Below are positions 36,401 to 46,045 of a DNA stretch of 64,000 nucleotides, one piece after another. The notes under the pieces were generated by a model, which did not search any database, was not told where the DNA came from, and saw nothing but the letters and a program-made list of their open reading frames with translations. Location: the NCBI RefSeq assembly GCF_963921235.1, contig NC_086101.1:7132001-7196000 (forward strand), written 5' to 3'. The DNA is from Mobula hypostoma (lineage: Eukaryota). The stretch's first letter is position 1. The number at the start of each line of letters is the position of its first letter. The translations under genes were made by a program, and so were the position numbers.

Positions 36401-39400
36401 TACCCCTTGCCCATCCTCTGGTTCCCCCGCCCCCTTGTCTTTCTTCCCGGACCTCCTGTCCCAAGATCCTCTCGTATCCCTTTTGCCAATCATCTGTCCA
36501 GCTCCTGGCTCCATCCCTCCCCCTCCTGTCTTGTCCTATCATTTTGGATCTCCCCCTACCCCTCCCACTTTCAAATCTCTTACTAGCTCTTCCTTCAGTT
36601 AGTCCTGACGAAGGGTCTCGGCCTGAAACGTCGACTGCACCTCTTCCTATAGATGCTGCCTGGCCTGCTGTGTTCACCAGCAACTTTGATGTGTGTTGCT
36701 TGAATTTACAGCATCTGCAGAATTCCTGTTTTATGTTACCTTGTGATTCATTTTCTTAGACATTTACGGGAAAATAAAGAAATACAATAGAATTTTGGAA
36801 AAGCAATATATAAACAGAAACCAACAATTTCTAATGAACAAACAAATATAAACTGTACAAAACATAATAAAAAATTGAGAACATGTGTTGTAAAGAGTCC
36901 TTGAAAGTGAGCTTGTGGTTTGCGCAATCAGTTCAGTGATGGATGACAGCAGTCCTTGATGATGGATGCTGCTTTCTCGTGGCAGAGATCCATGTAAATA
37001 TGCTCAATGGTAGGGAAGGCGTTGTCTGGATGGGCAGTCTTTCCCATTCCTGGGAATTTGTGTTTCCATTTCTGACCATGATGCAATTAAATCAAATTCC
37101 AAAGTTTTAGATGACATGTCGGATCATGTCTTCTATAGAAGCTAGCCAAAGTTTTAGATGACGTGTCGAATCTACGCAAACTTCTAAGAAAGTAGATGTG
37201 CAGTCACCCTTCTCAACTTCTCTACATCTCCGCCTTTGCTACCCGCCAAAAGTGTTTGTGATGGGATGGCCTCTCGGGAATTCATCCAGTTCCCCCTTAA
37301 ATCTTTCATTCAAACACTGCCACAGCAGTGCATTCGAGATTCACTTTCTGACTTCCTGCAGTTTGTTAATGCCAATGTCTTTACTTTTTGGGTTGAGTCT
37401 TAATCTTTCTTCCAAGTAGACACACCATGTCTCCACATACTCCTTAGGCAATCCATCGATAATTTAAAACCCCCTATTGAATCTCCCATTGCATTTTACA
37501 CAGGTAAACGAGTCCCATGTTTTCAAATCTTTCATATTATTTGCATCCTTTCAGTGATCATGACATTTTAATTCTCCCTGATGTTTATTGTTGCATGCTT
37601 GTAGCATGGAGAGTTGGTAAGCTTCAGCAACCTACGACAATTATTGCCGGGGGTGTTAGTGTTGTGATCAGTTCAGATTTGTGTTTTATTTATTTCAGGG
37701 GGAAGCCATTCAGGATGAAAGGTAGGACAGGCTCTTCACTGAAATTTGGCAAGGTTTTATAAAATTATTCAGGATTTTATCATTGTTCATTTTGTAATGA
37801 GCTGTTTAATATTTACAGCATCAGTAACAAAGAATATAAATTGGATGCAGAAGATGAAGTGTTGCAGGTTGGAAGATTCGATCACCCCTTGTTGCTTAAA
37901 ACAGCTTTGAGAGAAGTGCTTGATGCCATTAATCCAGGTAAAAGTGACATAGATATTTTTTTCAAAATTATTAGAGATCTTTATGTCCTAATTAGAATTA
38001 TGTACATTGAGAAGTCAGCACAATTCTTTTTGATTGGTTTGTCGTACACAAAAATGTTCACTGTATGTTTTAATATACATATCTCAAATATAGGGAATGA
38101 ATAAATAAAATAAATAAATATATAAGACCATAGGACCATAAAATATTGGAGCAGAATTATGCCATTTGGCCCATCGAGTCTGCTCTACTATTTCATCATG
38201 GCTGATCCAATTTTCCTCTCATCCCCAATCTCCTGCCTTCTCCCCATAACCCTTCATGCCCTGACCAATCAAGAATCTATCAACATCTGCCTTAAATGTA
38301 TGTAAAGACTTGGCCTCCACAGCTGCTTGTGGCAAGGAATTCCACAGATTCATCACTCTCTGGCTAAAGAAATTGCTCCTCATCTCCGTTCTAAAAGGAC
38401 AACACTTTATTCTGAGGCCGTGTCCTCTGATCTTAGACTCTTCCACCATAAGGAACATCCTCTCCATATCCACTTTATCACCATTCGATAGGTTTCAGTG
38501 AAGTCTCCCCTCATTCTTCTGAATTCGAGTGAATACAGGCCCAGAGTCATCACACATTTGTTGTATGACACGCTATTCAACCCTGGAGTCATTTTCACAA
38601 ACCTCCTTTGGACTCTCTCCAGTTTCAGCACGTCCTTTCTAAGATAAAGGGCCCAAACCTGCTCACAATACTACAAGTGAGGCCTCTCCAGTGCTTTATA
38701 AAGTTTCACCATTACATCCTTCCTTTTGTATTCTAGTCCGAGAAACATAGAAACATAGCAAACCTACAGCACAATACAGGCCCTTCGGCCCACAAACCTG
38801 TGCCGAACATGTCTTTACCTTAGAACTACCTAGGCTTACCCATAGCCCTCTATTTTTCTAAGCTCCATGCATCTATCCAGGAGTCTCATAGAAGATCCTA
38901 TCATTTCCACCTCCACCACCGCCACCGGCAACCCATTCCACGCACTCACCACTCTGCGTAAAAAACTTACCCCTGACATCTCCTCTGTACCTACTTCCAA
39001 GCACCTTAAAACTGTGCCCTCTCGTGTTAGCCATTTCAGCCCTGGGAAAAAGCCTCTGACTATCCACACGATCAATGACTCTCATCTTATACACCTCTAT
39101 CAGGTCACCTCTCATCCTCCGTCGCTCCAAGGAGAAAAGGCCGAGTTCACTCAACCTGTTTTCATAAGGCATGCTCCCCAATCCAGGCAACATCGTTGTA
39201 AATCTCCTCTGCACCCTTTCTATGGTTTCCACGTCTTTCCTGTAGTGAGGCGACCAGAACTGAGCACAGTACTCCAAGTGGGGTCTGACCAGGGTCCTAT
39301 ATAGCTGCAACATTACCTCTCAGCTCTTAAACTCAATCCCACTGTTGATGAAGGCCAATACACCGTATGCCTTCTTAACCACAGAGTCAACCTATGCAGC

Positions 39401-42400
39401 AGCCTTGAGTGTCCTATGGCCTTGGACCCCAAGATCCCTCTGATCCACCACACTGCCAAGGGTCTTACCATTAATGCTATATTCTGCCATCATATTTGAC
39501 CTACCAGAATGAACCACCTCTCACTTATCTGGGTTGATAACTTATCCTATTCAAGTTATTTATATTCCTGTTTATTCATTTATATGTTTTTTTATTTGTT
39601 TGCTTGCTTATTTGTTTATTGACAAATATTTATATTTATTTTGGGGAGCCATGGAGCGTAGTTGTTAGCGCGATGCTATAATAGCTCGGAATGTTCCGAG
39701 GTTTGGAGTTCAATTCTGGCGTAAGGGGTCTCTGTACGTCCTTCTCGTGGTATGCGTGGGATTCCTCCGGATCTTCTGGATTCCTCCCATGGTATAAAGT
39801 CGCATTGGGTAGATTAGCCGGTCATTGTAAATTGTCCCGTGATTATGTTAGGGATAATTGAGAGTGTCGGAGGTTACCTGGACGATGTGGCTCCGGTAGT
39901 AAATCACGCCCTATAATTATCTGGGCACATAGAAACCATAGAAACTACAGCACAGAAACAGGCCTGTTGGCCCTTCTTGGCTGTGCTGAACCATTTTCTG
40001 CCTAGTCCCGCTGATCTTCACACGGACCATATCCCTCCATACACCTCCCATCCATGTATCTGTCCAATTTATTCTTAAATGTTAAAAAAGAACCTGCATT
40101 TACCACCTCGTCTGGCAGCTCATTCCATACTCCCACCACTCTCTGTGTGAAGAAGCCCCCCCCCCAATGTTCCCTTTAAACTTTTCCCCCCTCACCCTTA
40201 ACCCATGTCCTCTGGTTTTTTTCTCCCCTTGCCTCAGCGGAAAAAGCCTGCTTGCATTCACTCTATCTATACCCATCATAATTTTATATACCTCTATCAA
40301 ATCTCCCCTCATTCTTCTACACTTCAGGGAATAAAGTCCTAACCTATTCAACCTTTCTCTGTAACTGAGTTTCTCAAGTCCTGGCAACATCCTTGTAAAC
40401 CTTCTCTGCACTCTTTCAACCTTATTTTTATCCTTCCTGTAATTTGGTGACCAAAACTGAACACAGTACTCCAGATTCGGCCTCACCAATGCCTTATACA
40501 ACCTCAACATAACATTCCAGCTCTTATACTCAATACCTTGATTAATAAAGGCCAATGTACCAAAAGCTTTCTTTACGACCGGATCTACTTGCGACGCCAC
40601 TTTTAGGGAATTTTGTATCTGTATTCCCAGATCCCTCTGTTCCATTGCACTCCTCAGTGCCTTACCATTAACCCTGTATGTTTGACCTTGGTTTGTCCTT
40701 CCAACGTGCAATACCTCACACTTGTCTATATTAAACTCCATCTGCCATTCTTCAGCCCATTTTTCCAGCTGATCCAAGTCCCTCTGCAGGCTCTGAAAAC
40801 CTTCCTCACTGTCTACTGCACCTCCAATCTTTGTATCATCAGCAAATTTGCTGATCCAATTTACCACATTATCATCCAGATCATTGATATAGATGACAAA
40901 TAACAATGGACCCAGCACTGATCCCTGTGGCACACCACTAGTCACAGGCCTCCACTCAGAGAAGCAATTCTCTACCACCACTCTTTGGCTTCTTCCATCG
41001 AGCCAATGTCTAATCCAATTTACCACCTCTCCATGTATACCTAACGACTGAATTTTCCTAACTAACCTCCCATGCGGGAGGCCTTACTGAAATCCATGTA
41101 GACAATATCCACTGCCTTCCCTTCATCCACTTTTCTGGTAACCTCCTCGAAAAACTCCAATAGATTGGTCAAACATGACCTACCATGCACAAAGCCATGT
41201 TGACTCACCCTAATAAGTCCCTGTCTATCCAAATGCTTGTAGATTTTGTCTCTTAGTACTCCCTCCAATAGTTTACCTACTACCGACATTAAACTCACCG
41301 GCCTATAATTTCCTGGATTACTTTTCGATCCTTTTTTAAACAACGGAACAACATGAGCCACTCTCCAATCCTCTGGCACCTCACCCGTAGACAGCGACAT
41401 TTTAAATATTTCTGCCAGGGCCCCCGCAATGTCAACACTAGTCTCCTTCAAGGTCCGAGGGAGCACTCTGTCAGGTCCCAGGGATTTATCCACTTTAATT
41501 TTCCTCAAGACAGCAAGCACCTCCTCCTTTTCAATCTGTATGGTTTCCATGATCTCACTACTGGATTCCCTCAATTCCATGGACTTCATGCCAGTTTCCT
41601 TAGTAAGTACAGACGCAGAAAACCTATTTAAGATCTCCCCCATTTCCTTTGGTTCCGCACATAGCCGACCACTCTGATGTTCAAGAGGACCAATTTTATC
41701 CCTTACAATCCTTTTGCTCTTACTATACCTGTAAAAGCTCTTTGGATTATCCTTCACTTTGACTGCCAAGGCAACCTCATGTCTCCTTTTAGCCCTCCTG
41801 ATTACTTTCTTAAGTATTTTCTTGCACTTCTTATACTCCTCAAGCACCTGATTTACTCCCTGTTTCCTATACATTTCATACAACTCCCTCTTCTTCTTTA
41901 TCAGAGTTGCAATATCCCTTGAGAACAAAGGTTCCTTATTCCTATTCAATTTGCCTTTAATCCTGACAGGAACATACAAACTCTGCACTCTCAAAATTTC
42001 TCCTTTGAAGGCTTCCCACCTACCAATCACATCTTTGCCAGAGAACAACCTGTCCCAATCCACACTTTTTAGATCCTTTCTCATTTCTTCAAATTTGGCC
42101 TTCTTCCAGTTCAGCACCTCAACCCTAGGACCAGATCTATCCTTGTCCATGATCAAATTGAAACTAATGGTGTTATGATCACTGGAACCAAAGTGCTCCC
42201 CTACACGGACTTCCTACACATGAACTCAATCCTGCTGCAGCAGCCGGGGCAGTTTATATCCAGCTATTTAACACATAGGGACTGAGAAAAAAGAGTTAAT
42301 ACCAATGTGGTGACTACGATTGTTAAAAGAATCAGCGTAGATCACAAGTTTCAGTAACGGAAGTCGGTGCTCTCACTGTGTCTGGCATGTAGTCCAGATG

Positions 42401-42722
42401 CTGGTTAACTCAGTTCTCTCCTCTAATGAGCATTATAGCCTCACAGTTGCTGTGCAACCGCCCCATGTTCGCATTTTAAAGGGAATTGTTAGACCACAAT
42501 CTGCATAGGCAGCAGTCAGCCTATCAAAGTTGCCATCAGAAAAATTAACTGAAGGTGGATTGGCCTATTGTGGGCAAAACTTCTATCTTGTCCACCCTTA
42601 ACATCACAATGGAATCCAATGCGTTACTTTATATGTAGAACCCAGGCATCTCTCTCTCTTTCTCTCTCTCTATTTCTATCTCTTTATCTCTCTCTCTGTC
42701 TGTCTCTCTCTCTGTCTCTCTG

Positions 42723-42753
<31 letters not shown>

Positions 42754-45134
42754 TAACATAATTAACCTGTGCAGCCGTGTGTACAGAGATACACCGACAC
42801 CACATATCCGCATGTACATCACATGCAGGATGCTGAGGCGGCAGCATTACTCCAAGTATAAACACATATAATGGAAGCAACACAAACAGAAACAAATTTG
42901 AACTCAAGCAGAGAGATAACCGAGGTACAGATATCCATTCAGTCTCTCCTAGATCCTCAAATACGTTGAGGATATTTTTTAGAAAGGAGTGATATTTGAT
43001 CATTACCCAGCATAATGAAAAATGGGCTCAAAAATCTATATTGTGTTTATATTTTCACTCTACATTTCAAAACTAGAAGGAAAGTGCCTTTGCAGTCTTG
43101 ATGAAGGGTCTCGGCCCGAAACGTCCGCTGTTAACTCTTTCCCATAGATACTGCCTAGTCTGATGAGTTCCTCCAGCATTTTGTGTGTGTTGCCTAATAA
43201 AATGTCTATGATGCTAAAATCTGATATAAATATGAAAACAAATATGTTCAGGATGTTCTTCAGGTCAGGCGCCATGTGGACAGAACAAAATAAAGCCAAA
43301 ACTTCACGCTGCCAACCTGTCATCAGAACGTAGATCATGTTTATCTACCTGAAACGTTGATCTTGCGTTTTTTAAAAGTGAAAATACTTTTATTATCAAA
43401 GTTTATACATGTCACCATTTGGCACATTGAAATTCATTTTCATGCAGACATTTACAGGGAAATAAATAAATGCATCTTTCCTACAGGAAAGATGAAAATA
43501 AGGTTGAAAGAGTAGAGAGGGAATTTGCAAGTGGAGTGGAGGACCTGAGTTATATGGAAAGATTGAATAGGTTAGGACTGAAAATTGAGGGCAGATTTGA
43601 TGGAGATATACCAAATTCCGTCGAATGTAGTTAGAGTAAATGCAAACAAGCTTTTTGCATTGATGTTTGGTAGGATTGAGACTAAAGGTCATGGGTTAAG
43701 GGTGAAAGGTGAAATGTTTAAGAGGAACATGAGGGGAAACTTCTTCACACATGACAGTGTGGAACGAGCTGCCATCGCAAGAGTTGCCTGTGAGCTCGAT
43801 TTCACCGCTTAAGATCAGTTGGGATAGGTACATCGATAGTGGGGGCATGGAGAGCTATAGTCCCAATGCAGGTCAATAGGACTAGGCAGTTAAAATGGTT
43901 CGGCATGGACTAGATGGGCCGAAGGGCCAGTTTCCGTGCAGTACTTTTCTATGAATCTAATTTATGAAAACAACGACTGACAAACAACAAATGTCCAAAA
44001 GAAGACAAACAGTGAAAATATTTTTTATAAAAACAAACAAATAAATAATACAGAGAGCATGAGATATAGAATTAATCACAAACAGAAGAGAATCTGCAGA
44101 TGCTGGAAGTTCAGAGCAACACACACAGGTCAGGCAGTATCTATGGAGAGAAATATACTGTTTCGATGATGCTGCCAAACCTTGTGAGTTTCTCCAGCAT
44201 TTTGTGTGTGTCAAATCAATCCTTGCTTTCCCCATCCATTCTCCTCTGCCTTTCCGCTATGTTCTCGGTGTCCTGGCACCGATTTTAGCCTTACCATCTC
44301 GCCTCTACCGACCAGCGGGAACCTTGGCAGAAGTTTGTTGTCCATCCGATGTAGTTGGATGAATGCTGGGAAAGGTTTATGCCGGTGGCACGGAAGTGTC
44401 TGCGGCCGAGCGGTTTCTCCTCCGGTCCCTGGGCCGCATTGTCCGAGTCTTCAACCCACCCCGATCCCCGGAGACTCTCTAATTCTCTGCTTCTCCTCCC
44501 AGTCTCTATCACCCTGGATGTGGAGACGGCACATCCGGCGCTCGAGGTGTCTGAGGATCGGAAGAGTGTGAGATGGACCGGGATCCGGAGGAATGTCCCT
44601 GACACGGCGAAGAGGTTTACAGTCTGGCCTTGTGTGCTGGGATCGGAGGTGTTCACATCGGGGAGACATTACTGGGAGGTGGAGGTGGAGGGGAATTGGG
44701 GCTGGAGCGTGGGAGTCGCCGCTGAGTTTGTGGAGAGGAAGGCAGGTGTCGGGCAGAGACCGGAGACTGGAGTTTGGGTCATCGAGCGGTCGGGTGACGA
44801 GTTTTATGCAAACGCCAGACATCCATCCCTTCTCGCTTCTGATCCAGCCCCCGGGAGGGTGGGAGTTTATCTTAATTACGATCTCGGAACCGTTTCATTT
44901 TACAACCCGGAGACCAAGTCCCATCTGTACACCTTCGGTGTGAATAACTTCGGGGGGAAATTTTATCCTTTCATTGGGACATGGGATGAAAACCAGTCGC
45001 TGAGAATTTGCCGCAATTCCGCTCTTGATCTACCTAAGTGTCAGGCCCGGAAACCGGCAGCAGGAGCGGGGTCCAGACCCGGCAGTAGAGTCGTTCCTAA
45101 TCACTGGCAGATTCAGAGACCTAAACCCCAATGA
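27419..45134 (+). CDS. TRIM-2, complete class IV TRIM E3 ligase (A33/nuclear factor 7/TRIM39-like), 504 aa: join(27419..27829,27912..28007,28096..28329,37699..37721,37819..37937,44503..45134)
   Basis: All introns GT-AG; 1515-nt open frame; C3HC4 RING, B-box2, coiled coil, PRY/SPRY. Confidence 0.93.
27912..28007 (+). CDS. TRIM-2 exon 2 (96 nt)
   Basis: TTCTTAG acceptor, GTGGGT donor; [10 protein letters not shown]...ISGLK. Confidence 0.92.
28096..28329 (+). CDS. TRIM-2 exon 3 (234 nt, coiled coil)
   Basis: GACAG acceptor, GTGAGG donor; [21 protein letters not shown]...VFLQ. Confidence 0.93.
28580..32800 (-). mobile_element. Rex1/Babar-like LINE (host; 28580-29436 and 32564-32800) split by a nested element
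   Basis: The two halves join into one RT region; (ATTCTG)n tail at 28580; same family as 19280-20135. Confidence 0.8.
29437..32563 (-). mobile_element. Near full-length Rex1/Babar-like LINE (APE + RT), disrupted
   Basis: GNVRSL..K.DEL, CFTETWL (APE); [26 protein letters not shown] (RT); (GACTAT)n tail; short TSD GTTGT/GTCGT. Confidence 0.9.
32870..34090 (-). mobile_element. Penelope-like element 3' part (GIY-YIG endonuclease remnant and terminal repeat, interrupted at ~32950-33450)
   Basis: [13 protein letters not shown]...LLYI.ETRR.L.DRF.EH (GIY-YIG); decayed terminal motif at 33475-33512. Confidence 0.82.
34107..36014 (+). mobile_element. Tx1-like LINE 3' part (zf-RVT domain) with a nested CR1
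   Basis: [24 protein letters not shown] and A tail; 15-bp TSD ATGTCTGATGTAATG (34092-34106, 36015-36029). Confidence 0.88.
34677..35813 (+). mobile_element. Young CR1 LINE 3' 1.1 kb
   Basis: 276-aa open RT C-terminal ORF; (GTTTCTATG) tail. Confidence 0.95.
36279..36731 (+). mobile_element. Penelope-like terminal fragment
   Basis: 9-bp TSD TATGTTACC (36270-36278, 36732-36740); pyrimidine tract plus terminal motif. Confidence 0.82.
36601..36637 (+). ncRNA. Minimal type I hammerhead ribozyme motif (Penelope-associated)
   Basis: AGTC-CTGACGA-AGGGTCTCGGCCT-GAAAC-GTC-GACT: core CUGANGA/GAAA, GUC cleavage triplet, stem I AGUC/GACU, hairpin stem II, palindromic ACGU in place of stem III. Confidence 0.72.
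37699..37721 (+). CDS. TRIM-2 exon 4 (23 nt, GEAIQDES)
   Basis: TATTTCAG acceptor, GTAGGA donor. Confidence 0.88.
37819..37937 (+). CDS. TRIM-2 exon 5 (119 nt linker)
   Basis: TTTACAG acceptor, GTAAAA donor; ISNKEYKL...LDAINP. Confidence 0.9.
38120..39540 (-). mobile_element. Two adjacent CR1 3' fragments (38120-38740; 38740-39540)
   Basis: Each has its own tail repeat and LERVQRRF / LVRPHLEYC remnants. Confidence 0.88.
39650..39890 (+). mobile_element. V-domain SINE (HE1-like)
   Basis: tRNA-like head (GGAGTTCAATTC box B) then GCGTGGGATTCCTCCGGATCTTCTGGATTCCTCCCA. Confidence 0.78.
39928..42214 (-). mobile_element. Young CR1 LINE, 2.3 kb, ORF2 nearly intact
   Basis: 364-aa and 308-aa ORFs with RT motifs; nearly identical to 34677-35813. 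Confidence 0.95.
42648..42755. repeat. (CT)n/(CTGT)n-(CA)n microsatellite
   Basis: Direct observation. Confidence 0.95.
43085..43195 (+). mobile_element. Penelope-like terminal fragment with a variant hammerhead core
   Basis: CAGTC-TTGATGA-AGGGTCTCGGCCC-GAAAC-GTC-CGCTG. Confidence 0.7.
43490..43955 (+). mobile_element. CR1 3' fragment
   Basis: [12 protein letters not shown]...RGNFF remnant and TTCTATG tail. Confidence 0.8.
44503..45134 (+). CDS. TRIM-2 exon 6, PRY/SPRY domain plus a ~35-aa basic Pro/Gly-rich tail
   Basis: [33 protein letters not shown] acceptor. Confidence 0.95.
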
Positions 45135-45141
45135 GCCAGGA

Positions 45142-45147
45142 AATAAA
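45142..45147 (+). promoter_or_regulatory. Candidate poly(A) signal of TRIM-2
   Basis: AATAAA 7 nt after the stop, conserved with TRIM-3 (61456). Confidence 0.5.
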
Positions 45148-45185
45148 AACCGGTGCAAAAATGAAGCACAACACAATAGGTTGAG

Positions 45186-45338
45186 CGCAAACAACAGGAA
45201 TTCTGCAGATGCTGGAAATTCAAGCAACATACATCAAAGTTCCTGACGAAGGGTCTCGGCCTGAAACGTCGACTGCGCCTCTTCCTATAGATGCTGCTTG
45301 GCCTGCTGCGTTCACCAGCAACTTTGATGTATGTTGCT
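45186..45338. mobile_element. Internally inverted Penelope-like terminal insertion with a hammerhead core
   Basis: 13-bp TSD ACAATAGGTTGAG (45173-45185, 45339-45351); 19-bp perfect inverted repeat. Confidence 0.85.
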
Positions 45339-45569
45339 ACAATAGGTTGAGAGCTGTTGATCCATTAATTTTAATGCATTAATGGCATCCGCCATTAGAA
45401 ATCAAAATACTTCGTGTGAAAGTAAAGATCGAAACAATCTACTTGTATTTCAAAAATAGACTCATCATAAAATAAATGTACCATCTATATAAATGACAAA
45501 AAAAACCTGCACGATTTTCTTTACATTGGTAGCGTCGATCTGTGTATGATTTAAATTTAATTTTATTTG

Positions 45570-45812
45570 GAGACAAAATGCGGAACAGGCTGTCTCGGCC
45601 CAACGAGTCGCCCCGCCCAGCAACTCACCTGTTTATCGCTAGCCTAATCACAGGGCAATTTACAATGAACAATCAACCTGCTAGCGGCACGTCTTTGGAG
45701 GAAACGGAAGCACCAGGCGGAAACCCACGCGGTCACGGGGAGGACCATACAGACAGCGCCGGATTTGAACTCCGAATTCTGGAACGCCCCGAACGTAATG
45801 GCGTCGCACTAA
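45570..45812 (-). mobile_element. V-domain SINE
   Basis: GGAGGAAACGGAAGCACCAGGCGGAAACCCACGCGGTCACGGGGAG is the reverse complement of the V-domain. Confidence 0.8.
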
Positions 45813-46045
45813 ACCTCTGGGCTTACTCACAATCTCAGCGGTTCTAAAGGGTGATCAGATTCTGTGCACAGAACATGGTTGCCACTCATGTGGACGTTTG
45901 GAATGATACAGATGTTAAGTTCTTCTACGCTGTGTTTATCCCTTCTATATATGCTGGCAAGAAGACCTTAGACTACCGGCATGCCCGCAAAGCCTCTACT
46001 CTGAAAAAGAAAATATGATAAAAATATACATACAAGAAGAAACTG

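Noticed and set aside
40100..42156. Active autonomous CR1
   Set aside because: 5'-truncated (no ORF1, most of APE missing), with a frameshifting deletion near 41075.
44355..44502. N-terminal ORF extensions of the PRY/SPRY exons (also 18359 and 60870)
   Set aside because: Intronic read-through upstream of clear splice acceptors; the starts are not ATG.
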